From Blasia pusilla (taxonomy: Eukaryota): a stretch of DNA of 64,000 nt. This document shows, piece by piece, positions 12,386-25,147 of this stretch. The notes under the pieces were generated by a model. It did no database searches and had not been told where the DNA came from. It saw nothing but the letters and a program-made list of their open reading frames with translations. Position numbers and translations under genes: made by a program. The stretch covers positions 8,804,001 to 8,868,000 of the forward strand of contig CM114271.1 of assembly GCA_050084515.1 (NCBI GenBank), written 5' to 3'. The stretch's first letter is position 1. Every line of letters begins with the position of its first letter.

Positions 12386-14635
12386 TTTGCAACCCTCATA
12401 ACCAAACAAATGCCAAGCAAAACATTAAAACTTTAGTGGGCTCACGCGAGGATGGTTGCGCTTTGGAGAGGTTTCTTGGAAGAGTCCAAGAGATAAAACG
12501 CGCTATAGAGTTTTTGCGTTTCATGCATTTATGGCCACAAACAAGAAATCTGGACCAAACATGAACCAAGACTTGAGATGAGTTGAGTCTAGGAAGGTTG
12601 GTTGCCAACGAGGCAAGAACCAGATTTGGAACGCGACTAGCGTTTGGGGTTTTGACTGTGTTTTGGACCATAAAATTTAGTCCTAAGATGCATTTGGGAC
12701 AAGTAAGGTGATGTTTGAAAGCTTATGCAAAGATGATTAAAACGCATGAAAGATCTTAAAAAAAAGCTGAAGCAAAGGCTAAGATATTGGCCAAAAAAAA
12801 ATACATTGGGACTTCGGTTTAGGGCCAAAATGAATGGTCCGACTGTCTTTCCCCAAAGTTAGGGGAAGGATGGTGATCCCCAAAAGTACTAGTAAGAGGG
12901 AGTGTCTCCAAGCATTCTTGGAACCCAACCCCCACTTTGGACGCCAAAGGGAGGCTCAAGGGCACGGGATGGACGGGAGTTTGGCGTTGGGACTCGAAAC
13001 CCAAACCTGATCCAAGGGAGTGGATTTTGAAAGCCATACTTAGATTCCAACCCATGACTCATTTTAGTGAGTCTCGATTAAGGACTCATTGGAGGTCCAT
13101 TGGAAAATTGGGAGCGCTAGTCTTGAGAAACTTGCATGTGTTGTAAAGCAAGAAACTAGGAAGGTTGAGCTCGATGAAAGGTGTAGTGCCCACATTTTTG
13201 AAATTTTGATGGAAAGAGCATTTTTTTTACAAAAGTCTTCCTTGGCAAAGACTAAAGGCTCAATACCGGAAGTAAAGAGTCTTACTTTACTGAAATTGTG
13301 TGAAAACCTTGACGGATAGAACTCTGATGAGAGGACATCAGATGTTAGAAGATTAAGGACTCTCTTGGAAGAGTGAGAATTGTGTAAAAATAGGAAAATA
13401 AGATAGAAGGAAGCGCAGGTGCTTTGCACGGAAGAGCGCAGTAAGAACAGTGGTAAAGATTGTCAAGGAAGAGTGTAAAGACTTCTTCTTTGCAACCAAA
13501 GTTCCAAAGGAGTCTTCGTGCAAAGATTGTAAACGAAGACCTAAGAGCGAAGACCAAAGAACAAAGAACGAAGATCAAAGAGTCTTCGCAAAGATAGGAT
13601 CATGAAAATAAGACTCCGAAGACTATAAAGATTGAATCGTTGTGGCGATTTTGAAAGCCAAAAATGGAGTGGCGCAGTAGTTTAAAAAGAAGCAGAAATG
13701 ACTCGCCAGTGCAACCGACCGTCTTAGGAAGATGGAAGGTTGGAGAATTTGAACCAAGGAGGTTAGGATTATCAGTTAGAATTCTAGATTAGAATAGGAA
13801 GATCAATCATGGATTGTAAAAGACTATTTAAAGAGTAAATCAGAAGAAGAAGGGATCATTCCCTTGTGTCTTCAATTCCCGAGTACTATTGGTTAGCATC
13901 AGTTCCTTGTACCTTGAGTTTACCAATAGTCTTGATGGGTTGTGTAAGGAGTTTTGTGGGGATGATCCAAGCTGAAGAGTCTTTTCCTTTATGAACCTTG
14001 TAATACTTTCTAGTTCTTTCCACTCTTTGATGCAATAGAAGAGTCTTCTCTCATTCCTTCTGATATGCGGAGTTCAATGTAAAACCTTATTGGGCTGTAG
14101 TATGGATGAGAGTTGAGTCTTGTGATTTCGAAATTCCAGAAGATAATTAGGAAGAGCGTAGGAAAGTTGTTTGACTGTGAGCCGCCATTCTTGAGGTCTC
14201 TTTGAGGTCTTCGTTGGAGCTTTGTTATTCCAGATTCAAAAGAGTCTTCGTGTGCACTTGAGAAGAGTCTTTTCCAAGAGGGAAGAAACTTTTTATTCTT
14301 TTGTACTTGTAAAGATGGTGTAGTTGTAGTTAGCCAGTAAAGCTAGTGGAGAAGGAGTAATTCTTGTTATTTCTCATAAAACCTCTTTTTACTCAGGAAA
14401 CAGTGATCTCTTGGGAACGAACGTAGTACTTTGCGATAGAAAGAGTACCTTTTTCCTTGAGTTGTACATTACAAGAGGCCGAGTTGAGAAATCATAGAAT
14501 TAGAGCGTTGATTGATCCAAACCCAACTAATTTGAGTGTGTGTTTGGGTGCATATCAGCATTGAGAGTGTGTCCTACTGAATGCACGCTTCCGCAACACT
14601 AAAGATTTACGTTCAAGGAGAGTAGGCACACAACA
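12386..14635 (+). mobile_element. 3' LTR of a chromovirus (family of 40389-57372), preceded by its PPT and split by a solo LTR
   Basis: Reverse complement of the 40389-41392 LTR. PPT AAAGAGGGGTGAG at ~12372-12384. Ends ...GAGAGTAGGCACACAACA. An opposite-orientation LTR tail follows at 14636-14704. Confidence 0.8.
13182..14473. mobile_element. Solo LTR (TGTAGT...ATTACA)
   Basis: TG...CA ends with near-TSD AAAGG (13177-13181) / AGAGG (14474-14478). The host LTR rejoins across it. Confidence 0.85.
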
Positions 14636-15667
14636 ATTCTAGCATGAGCCTGCTAGAGTTCGGATGTTCAGCTTGGCACTCGTTTGGTTATGAGGGTTGC
14701 AACAATGGTAGATATAGAATAGATATTAGGTAGTCGTAGGTCTAGACTTGCGTTAGTGACATAGATAACAAGAAGGTAATGCGCAAGAAAATCATCCCAC
14801 AAATAGGAAACTTGTAAGAGACCCATCAATTTTTTTCAATGGTGTCGTATTGCCAAAACAACCCAAAAGAAGATATGAAAATCCCAATACAAGACCCTCA
14901 AAGTCCTTTTTTTTTTGGCCGGATTTTTAGAAATCCAATCATCTACATTGTTGTTTTGGTTAGCATCTATAAGATGTTAAACTTTTGTCTAATGTGAATT
15001 GTATTAGGCTCCAAAAGTAATTCATTAATAAGCTTTTAATTTCTCTTAAAAGAGGAGAGAGACAAATGGGAGAAAGGAGAGACTAATTATTTTAACAAAA
15101 GGAGGACTTCACAATAAATTTTTTCTTTGGGATTTTATTTCCAGTAGAGGAGAGGCAGACTTTGAAAAAAAATCCAAAAGTCCTTTTTTTTAATATGTGA
15201 GAGGAAGATATAAGGTGGAATTCGGAGTGGGAAAGGGAATTTTTTTGAAGTGTTTTCTTTTTTATTCCATTAGTGAATGTGAGAAAAGATTTAATCTTCA
15301 ATATAGAAGGGGAAGAGAGAAATAAAGGGTTTCGTGAGGAGTTTTGAAGGAGGTCTTCATATGAGGATTTTTCTTTGAAGTATTGAATGTCAACATGAGA
15401 GGGGATTTAAGATATGAAATTAATTCTCAATAAGATAGGGAGATTGGAGGAGAAACACATAGACCTTCCTCAAAAATCTTCGTTCCTCCAAAAAAGGGAT
15501 GGCTAGAATAGGTGTGGACAACGAAGACAAGACATACAAAAGAGGATGAAAACAAATGGATTCTCTTTGGAGGGCTAGGGAGGTCCTTGTGACATATTAC
15601 TCCAACCTAAATCAGACTAGTAAGGGCTAATATTGGGATGTGAACTTTTTTGAGACAAACAACTTCT

Positions 15668-16536
15668 TGTAAGCCCACGTACTCTTCTTGAACGTCAATC
15701 TCTAATGTTGTGGAAGTGTACGTTCAATATGTCATACTCTCGTTATTGATCTACACCCAAACACACTCATGTTAGTCACTGTTTGAGTCAACCAATCACA
15801 AATCTCGCCGAGTTCACAACTCTGGCTATCCAACAAGCCCAACAGCACCCAACCCCTCACTTCCAACACAAGAAAGTCTTCCTAGACTTGGGACAGATTT
15901 CCGAGATAGTCCACGCAACTAAAACGCCGCTCGCGGGCTTGGCGGTTCAAACTGTCCAATGAATCTCAAATGAGTCTCTAATCGAGACCCAAGGATTGAG
16001 TAACGTGTCGAGTTCTAAGGTTGACATCTAAACTTTTCCCCCTCGGACTTGGCTTGGTGTCCACATCTCAAAGCCAACCTCCCGATCCATTCCGTGCCAT
16101 TGGTTCGTCCCATGGCGCCACAAAGTGTTCAAGTCTCAAGCACCCCTTGGAGACCCTCCCCCTTGTATACAATTCTAGAGATCTCTATCCCTTCCCCACC
16201 TTTGGGAAAGTCCTCTTTGACCGCTCATTTTGGCCCTCAATCCAACTACCTATCTCATAGTTAAAGGGTAGTTTCTCGACCTCTCTTCATGTGTTTGTCT
16301 ACATCTTTAGTGCGTTGGAATTATCTTTGCATAAGCTTTCCAATTCCACCTTATTTATCCCGTGGTCATGGTTGAGTGGGTTATGACCCTTATCACTTGA
16401 AATGCGTAACCTTGCTCGCATCTCACATCTCATGTCTCATTCAAGAGACTTCTCTGATGCGCAACCATCCTAGTATGAGCCTACTAGAGTTCTAATGCTC
16501 CGCATTGGCGCTCGTTTGGTAATGAGGGTTGAGACA
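15668..16536. mobile_element. Degenerate solo LTR of the chromovirus family
   Basis: Begins TGTAAGCCCACGTACTCTTCTTGAACGTCAATC and ends TGAGGGTTGAGACA, matching the 40389-41392 LTR. No clean TSD. Confidence 0.7.
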
Positions 16537-18352
16537 CAACTTGACACATTCCTCCTAATTGAATCATGCTAGCAAGCGCTAATGCGGGGATGTCAAATTT
16601 TTTGAGGTACATAATGTGACAAATTTCTCCAAACTAGATCAGACTCATAAGGGATTATCTCGAGACGCCAACTTTTGTTAGGTACATCCAATAAGTAATG
16701 TGAGTAAACATTTTGAACTCACACCCTTTTGCATGTAAAGCATACATGATGAACTCCCTCACAATAAACCGAAACTCAGACCATTGATTGCCATGAACTC
16801 TAGAACCATGGAACACATGTGGGCCTAGAAGTGTGAGGTAATGGACTCTACCATCCCTAAGTGCACCGTCTCTAAAGTGCAGTACGTGCTTTTCTGCAAG
16901 GCCCTCATGTCATCTCTTTAAAATTTACAGTAGTTTGCAGATTTCTTGCACTTTTACAAGTGTTTTCAGTTGTCCACTACATGAGAAAATTGTACGTGCA
17001 AATCATCCTATAAGTGTAGCATGCACTAATCTAATCGTGCATATGTTCAGAATGTGCACTTACTCAATAATTCATATACAAAAAACATGCTAATATTGAT
17101 AATTTAGCACTAAATTTCTTATTTAAATGCTTGTAGTTAAACAGTTTGGCACAAATGGAACGGGAGAGCATATGAATACTGAGTTTTCTTGGCATAAGGG
17201 TTGTAGTTATGAGTTTGGCCCAAATTACAAAGTGGTTAAAGAACGCTCTTTAGGAAGACTTGTAAAGAATTTAGTCGACTACATTGAGTTGAATTGATGA
17301 GGGGAGGAAGCTCATCACACTTCGTCAAAAGCACATGTCGCCTCTTATGCAGGTTTTAATGCTTTCCTTTTGACTCATTAGCTATTCTAGTTGATTGCAA
17401 ATTCAGACAATGGACACGAACCCTTGCAATTGCCACAACTGAAATCTTATTGGCCCTACATTAATCAACAAGTGTATACTGTATACATCAGCTGGGCAAC
17501 CAGGTTAGTCTGCACTTATAGCCTAACGCAAGCCGTGGTCAGCTGTCTTGTGATGAGCATAGTGCGAACTATCGTTAAGTGCTCCATGATTGTATCGTAG
17601 AAATGATAGACTATGTACTTAATTCTTCACTAAAACAAGAAAAGAGGCATTACAAAATCCAACATAAGAAAGGCATAAAATCAATCTAGGAACGGGTGCT
17701 AGAGCTCCTATGAGGATAATGACTATGACATGCCATCTGTACGTAGGAAATAAGAAACAATTTTGAGTGTACTTTCAGAACTGAATCCACAACCGGAAAG
17801 ATGGGAGGATAGGGTTACGTAGAGGTCTTAAATCTGAAGATGACCACTAAACTATGAAATGCGTGTATAGAAAGTAAACAAAGCTATAGTTGTGCCCCAT
17901 AAATGGTGATCATTTGACCATTTTGAATGAAAAATCCAAATGCTTTTGAAGCTTTATATAATTGAGGGAAGGGGAACACACAAAGCTCAAATCTGAAGAA
18001 AGGGTACATTGATTTCAATAGAGATGCAGTGCATTTTCAGCTCTATTAGCTCAAAAGAAGTGTATGTGACATCCCTCTCTCACCTCCATGAAAGCCAGAC
18101 TTCATTCTTTTCGTCACCCTCCTGCCCACGGCACTTTACACCCACCTAATGGACATGAGTTCAAAAGCCAGAATATGTATCGGCTGCTTTCTACATAATG
18201 ATGTTACACTAAGTACCCCAGTGCTTCCTTCCACCTTTGCTGCTGCGTCTGCTCTCTGGTTTTTATACTCTTTTCCCATGTAACTCCGACATCCAAAACT
18301 ATACTCAGCTCAGATACAATGGTAAAGAAATTACACTAAAATGCGTGTCCTC

Positions 18353-21277
18353 TCATGCCCCCACTCGAAAAGAGTCTTGGATCTCCCTTAGGGTCGCTGC
18401 GAACTTCTTCCACTGGCGACCTGCAGGCATGGAAATAAGTGCACATTGTCACTTCCAATTGTCCTCAAAAGTGATAGACCACGCAAATCTCTCTCAACAT
18501 TGTCCTGAAAAGTGTGGACAGGATTGGTTGGCAATAAAAGACAAGATTAATTTCAACGGATAGCAGAGTTACGATTCCTAGTTGTTCTGTTAACAGCGAT
18601 TATTAATTGTTCTGCTTACTGCCTTTCGGGTTCATCCAAAAAATGTCCAAATTTTGTCAATCCAGGATGCAGGGGAAGTGAAGGGGGAGCTTGAAGATAA
18701 CTATGGGCGTACCGTTTGCAGAGACACTCATTAAGTAAAGTCTATTTCCAGCAGCACATGCAGTGATGAGCATGTGAGGTACATCCAGTTCATACAGGTA
18801 GTAAGTGCGATCTGCATATTTCTTGACATCCATACTCTTCACCTTCCCCTCAATGTTTTGTCCTGTCATCTCTGGTCCGAAAGCATCAATCACCTTCTCG
18901 GGACTCCCGACATCTTCTATCCTCACATTGTTCCCGAGCTCTGCACTTTCCATCACAATTCAGGGAGGAGTTAAATGTTGTGAATAATAGACCAAGGAAA
19001 TAAATATTATAGCATTTGGGATCAGGTTTCAAGCTAATTGAATTCCTTCATTGACTCCTACTACTTCTACTAATTCTGTGAGTGTACTTGGCGTTGGAGA
19101 TGTCCATCACACGGGAATTTAGGTGCTCAACTACGGGCAACGTGTAGTCTCGGTTTTCACAACCTACCGCTCGAAAACCGCAGTACTGGTGCAACCACAA
19201 TGCTAATGTTGCCCTCTGTTGCACTCTGGAACCTCAGATCAATTTCAGTTCCTCCAAGATCAGCTATTGAGACAGGAATCTGCACTGCCATCACACCAAA
19301 TGATCTTCTAAGCACAAGTTGCACACAGGCTAAACAATTTTTTTCACTCATCACGAAACTTTGAACCTCCTAGATACTCCCTAACTTTCCAATTGCTCAA
19401 TGCCTGAGATGTGGTGAACAGTTCTAAAACTGACGAGTGTTTCATGAGTTACAAATACTTTGAATTGTGATTTCTTTACGTACCGCATCTGGAAACTCTC
19501 ACAGGCATGCTGAATCAAGCTGCTTCATACAAGAGCCCTAGTACCTACCATAACAGTGGCGCTCTATTCGAAACTTGGAAAAGAATCTTACTTCTCGAGT
19601 CCAAACATCTGTAAGCCTTAGGAGCATTCAATACAATAATGCTAATGTTCAATACCAGTTCTGAAACACTGTCACTGCTATAATGGTTTACAAATACTTT
19701 GAATCGTGATTTCTTTACGTACCGCATCTGGAAACTCTCACAGGCATGCTGAATCAAGCAGCTTCATACAAGGGCCCTAGTACCTACCATAACAGTGGCG
19801 CTCTATTCGAAACTTGGAAAAGAATCTTACTTCTCGAGTCCAAACATCTGTAAGCGTTAAGAGCATTCAATACAATAATGCTAATGTTCAATACCAGTTC
19901 TGAAACACTGTCACTGCTATAATGGTTTACCCTTGGACGACACAAGACTTCTAAATATTCCACTCGAATTTTATTTCTCGATGGAATGGGGACATTAGCC
20001 CCAAATTTTATTTTATTTTAAGTAATTAGAGTGTAGTGTGATGGCAAATCTGGTGAAGTCTTGAAGTAAACCACTCACCTCCTCCCAGTCACTAGCAATC
20101 TTAAAGCTGTAGGGAATGATGGGGCTCCATCCGACGCCGTGCCCTCCCGATTTTCCATCTGGTCTTCGATAAGTCCTGATTCCTGTAGCAAGTGTACACG
20201 TCCCCTTGATGAGTTTCTGTTCCACAAGGCACCAAGAGCGCAAAAGAATGCTGCAGTGATCCTCCTCTGTACTTTCCCCTCGCATATGCATTCTGACAGA
20301 CCTAAGTTTCAGAAATTTGTTTTACGTAATGCTCCTCTGTTTCCTCAGGGTGACACAACTTCCAGCATGAGTAGCACCGCCTGATGTCTGTGATAAGCTT
20401 ATGTGACTTTCTACATGTATACGATCACTAGAGTTAAGAAACGGAGAATGGCATCCATGATAATTCAGGGTGGATTCGACGAAATTTGGATTCATTTGAC
20501 GAGTTGACGAGGAATGAGAACACTCAAGGTCCAGATTCTCTTCGTCCAAAGCTGGGCAAAAAAATCACGACGCTTCCCACAATTTGAAGAATAAGTCAGT
20601 AAATAAGCTGACCCGCACACCAACTTCCGTCGATTGCTTTGTCTGTTCATCAGTTTCGAAGGAGAATCAGTATTCAGGCAGAGCAGACGATTATATTCTC
20701 CATCCAGAGAAACCCATGAGGCATATCCCACCCTCACAGTGTTCGGAAGTTCTGATCGCCTCCCGGACTGGGTTTAAGCTGTGGCACCTGACTGGTATAA
20801 TTCGTTCGAAGGTTGATAGATAGAGATAAATCAGGGAGTATGATCAAGAGACTGCACAAAGGTCAGGTCAACCTCGAAGGGCTTTCCATACTAATCAGGG
20901 ATTAATATAAACTCGGGGCAGAGTAAGGCCTCGCAACGGTAGAGGAAGCCATCACAGAGTCTGGAAGCCTAACCATTAGCATCGGGTTCCGAAAGCCCAG
21001 GAATTCGTCCTGCCAGTTGATTCTGCTGCACCGCTATAGCATTTCCTCCCAAACGCTCCAGCACTAAAAATCCCAATATTCCCGACCCCAACTGCACGAG
21101 AGCCTCTCTCCTGGCTGTCACGTTATCTACTTCCCGCAAGCAATTCTTCTCCAAACCACTCGTAGTCCAGCTTCGAACTCCTACCGCCACATTTTGTCTG
21201 TAAACTGGAGTAGCGCCCTCTCTGACCTTCAAAGAGAAGGTTGAGCTCACGCCAGAATAAAGAAGAAAAGTGGTCAT
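18353..21277 (-). CDS. PPD4: PsbP domain-containing protein 4 (thylakoid lumen), 5 exons: 21277-20974, 20182-20079, 19279-19168, 18940-18713, 18420-18353
   Basis: All introns are GT-AG and the spliced length is 816 nt (271 aa plus stop). Recognisable PPD4 motifs: GRIPGLSEPD, RTYRRPDGKSGGHGVGWSPIIPY, VSIADLGGTEIDLRF, AFGPE, AAGNRLY, QWKK. The transit peptide has a twin-arginine ARREAL motif. Confidence 0.93.
19449..19930. repeat. Tandem duplication, 239-bp unit x2, in PPD4 intron 2
   Basis: The TTACAAATACTTTGAAT...CTATAATGGT unit starts at 19449 and again at 19688, near-identical. Confidence 0.9.
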
Positions 21278-21733
21278 GGCTGCTTCCCGCGATCTAAATA
21301 ATCTCCGCCCCAGTGCGAACAGAGCACGCACACAGCACCACCGCTACCTCCTCCTTTCCAATTTCAAAAGGTTTATGAGAGTCGAGCTCAATTTCAGAGT
21401 GATAAGACAATCCAGACGCAGATTCAGGTTAATGTACGCGGGCGTCTTCGCCCCTCAAATCGGATTCGGAGAAAGCCCCAAGAGGATTCTCAAGAATCAA
21501 TTGATGACGCAGTCCGGGTCACCTCCATCCCCGAGCTCGAGCAATGGAGCCTCTGTTGTCCGTGTGCTTCTCAGTGTGCTCGCATGTTATGTGGCTGGGA
21601 AGTGTTTCGTACCTTCATTCCGTGGATGGTCTTCCTTACCCTTAGACGCTTACAAAAGTCACTTGTGGTGGTTGTGGTGGAATGAGGGAGATTGTTACAT
21701 GGCGAAGAAGGATTCATCTCTTGTCGATTCCAC

Positions 21734-22531
21734 AGGCACGCGCGGAGGTCGCGACGACCCTTATATCCGACGGTTCATAACGAAAGAACCCATTGGTTTC
21801 AAGTAGTTACTTACAAATTTATGTTAGATGGGTCGCTAGGACGCTGGGCCAATAATGCGCCTAAAAGTTTTGGGCACATAAATTGACCCCTTGGGCCCAT
21901 GGAATCTACCCCTTAGGACAGGTCCCCATGGAGCCCGTTTTAGGTCGCGGGGTCCCTGATCTTCGAAATCGACGAATGAAAATTCACGGACGAAACATTA
22001 GTCCTTGGTCCGTCCTCGTCGTGAAAATCACGGCGCCGGAACTCCAAGGACAATCTTCGTATCTTTCACGTGCTACAGGCACTTTCACTTTCTCACAAAA
22101 TAGGCTACACTCGGTTACTTTCGATTTCAGTTACGGAACGCAGCAATTGGTAAGAAACTCAAGACATCGTAAACCGGAAAAACTTCCCTGACCACGGATG
22201 AAGTAGCAAGAAAAATCCATAACAACTGCAGGACTTTCCGCCTTGGACCCAAGCGACCTTCGGCGTCGGGCTCCATGGGGATCCATCCTTAAGGGGTCGA
22301 TTCCATGGGCACGCGCGGAGGTCGCGGCAACCCATTTTCTGCGTCCTTCTCAATTCTCCGACGGTTCATAACAAAAAAACCCATTGGTGTCAACTAGTTA
22401 CTTACAAAGTTCTATTATATGGGTCGCAAGGACGCTGAGCCAATTCTGCACCCAAAAGTTTTGGGCACAGAAAATTTGGCGACGCTCTAGCGTCGCTGCG
22501 ACCCTACGCCCATGGAATCGACCCCTAAGAC
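21734..22531. repeat. Direct and inverted repeats upstream of PPD4, probably a small non-autonomous TE
   Basis: 21734-21884 is repeated at 22308-22475. GCCCATGGAATC.ACCCCT.A.GACA occurs at 21895 and 22508, and inverted at ~22285-22310. Confidence 0.6.
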
Positions 22532-24129
22532 AATGTTATGATTAACATCTTTTATGTCATTCGTAGTCATTACGGCCCCTACATTTATGCTTTGTTTTGC
22601 TTCTCGGCTGGGCATGCTATTTCGGTTTGTGTGATTGTTGTACATCGTGGATGAAATTTTTCTGTGTCTACTTACAGTGGATCCTATAACCTGATTTGGG
22701 TGACTTAAATTTTTTTGACTTTAATGATATTCTTGACGTTAACAACCTCCTAGTGGTTCCTCTCCCCTCTCGATGGTTCCTCTCTCGTGTATCCTCTCCC
22801 CTGTGATAGTTATATACCTCGTATACAAACTTGTTTGTATATGCAAGTTGTATCTAGACACTTTTTCTCTCATCCCCCAACTTCCCCTCCCTCGCTAGTA
22901 TTCTCTCCTCTCCGTGCGGGTAATCTATTCCGTGTGTGTATATACTAGTTTGTATTTCCGTCCCATCCATCCTATTTTTTCCCGGTCCGGGTGTTCCTGT
23001 GATGGTATGTATATCTCCTATACAAACTTGTTTGTATATGAGCATATTTTCTCTCCTCCCAAAAATTCCCCTCCCTCGTATATAAAAAAATCAATTTACC
23101 TGGTATACAAACTACTCTACTGGTGGTTTGTACGACCTATAATTTTTTTTCTAAAAGGGATGCATATTTTTTTATTATTGGAGAGTGCCTTCTTGATTTG
23201 CAAACATATCCACTTGACATGTGGCAATCGGGCAGCAAGAAAATGTTTCCTACTCTACGTGCAGCAAGAAAAGAAATTGTGTGCACCATGATTAGTCCTA
23301 CACTTCCATGCATGGCACATGATGCACACTAGTAGATATGTATGAGAGGCTTTACTTGTTTCTAACTGATTGCACTCATTCGATAAAGGGGTTGTCCTTT
23401 ACTACTAGTGAGAGTTAAGGACACCCCTTTATCGAATTTAGATTGAGCGTGATAATTTTTTTCACCTTTGCCATTTCGAATGTAGATTCCACTTAGCACG
23501 AGCTTCGGGCTAGGCTAGGCACAATCCCAATCAAGCTCAATCCGACGGTCTACAATAACAAAAATAAATTGCAAAATTCTGCGATTATAGTGAAACATCG
23601 TCTCTCACTCACATGACCGGACCATGAGTAGGTGCATCAAAACCATGTCTCTTAAATCCGGACGGTCAGCCGCCCTTTTAAAATCCCTAGCATACTTCTC
23701 TTACACTCACTCTCTCCCGAGTGTGAGTAAGAGAAATTTGTCGTGGTATTGTCACTATAGCATTGGGTAGGGAAAACCAGAGCTCAAAATTATTATGGAG
23801 ATGTGAATTTGCAACGTCTCTCTAGAGCAATGGCACTTTGATGGAGTGGAGATGGCGCTGGCATAGAGGAGAGACACGGACAACCAAAAATCCATGGTAA
23901 GGAAGTAAAATAAGATGAAGGCTTGTGATGCTACACCATTCTCTAGTCTCCATGGTTCTGTCACGAGCGAGCTAGCACCCCATTGCGACTTGTATGGATC
24001 CCACAAATCCCTATGCCCCGACCCCTGGCCAAAACTTTCTCACAAAGCTTAGAGTCGCACACAACTATTTGCATCCAAGGGAAAAAATAATTTCCCAAGT
24101 AGAGCAAGCCATCTGCCCCAGCTAGCACG

Positions 24130-24360
24130 CATTTTTCAAGAGAAAGCCAAGCAAGGGATGGGTATGTTATGTTGGGAGATGAAATTATAAGCAAAGGTCA
24201 ATCCATGGTTTCTAAGGAGATATGTGTGAGAAGAGATGGAAAAAACTACTATTTCTTGCAAACAAACCGCATCCGGATGCGGTTCGTTTGCAATAAGATC
24301 TTCCACAAGTTTATTCCATGTGCAAGAATTGACTGAGGCCCTCATCTTCATTATGTGCAA
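24130..24360 (-). pseudogene. Possible LINE endonuclease (APE) N-terminal fragment
   Basis: ...PDAVCLQE resembles the APE 'pDiicLQE' motif. Little else is recognisable. Confidence 0.3.
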
Positions 24361-25147
24361 TTGTGACCACCGTCTATCGTAGCTGCTCCATGCGACATCA
24401 GAGCATTTTGAACTTGGATTTGTAATACAATCGAGAGTGTTTTTTGTAACTTGGCTGCTAGGAAGCAGCCAAGTCCATTCATTCAGACATGCAATCCATC
24501 GGAATCGGATAGGTTGCAAGACATGCTAATAGAAAATTGCGTATGTGCTAGGAAGCAACCAGGTCCATTCTTTCAGACATGCAACCGGTCGGAATCCAAC
24601 AAGTTGCAAGGATTTTCTGGTTTAGGATATCTTGCAGTCCGTCGGACTCCGACAGGTTGCAAGACTGTACTGTTTGTCTGGTTTAGGTTATCTTGCAACC
24701 CGTCGGATTCCAACAGGTTGCAAGACTGGACTGCCTGCCAAAAGTTACTCTCGTAGGCAGTTGGAGTGGTTTGCAACCCTTCAGAATCCGACGGGTTGCG
24801 AACCACTCCAACCAAAGATTAGAGTCCAAGAGAGCACGCACACCACATCAAAAGAATAGCAAAAAAACAAATGGGAAAAGGTTGCAGTGAAAAGACATTG
24901 CAGTAAAGACATTTTCAGGAAAAAGGTTGCAGTGAAAAGACATTAGAGTTAAAAGACATTTTTAGGAAAACCATCGGTTCTTGATGGTTTGCAACAGCAG
25001 AATAACCTCACCCCAATTTTGGAATCTGATATCTAAAATAACATCAAACCATGAGCGTGAAGAGAATTGGGTGCAAAACATCGATTTCTTTATTTAAAAC
25101 CATTTGCAAATCGGTTATTTACACTTGATTTCCTGAACAAGAAAATC

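Noticed and set aside
14760-15660. AG-rich degenerate tract
   Set aside because: Probably an old repeat, with no supportable structure or coding signal.
21270-21806. 178-aa plus-strand ORF
   Set aside because: Antisense to the PPD4 5' UTR/promoter, runs into a repeat, and has no recognisable domain.
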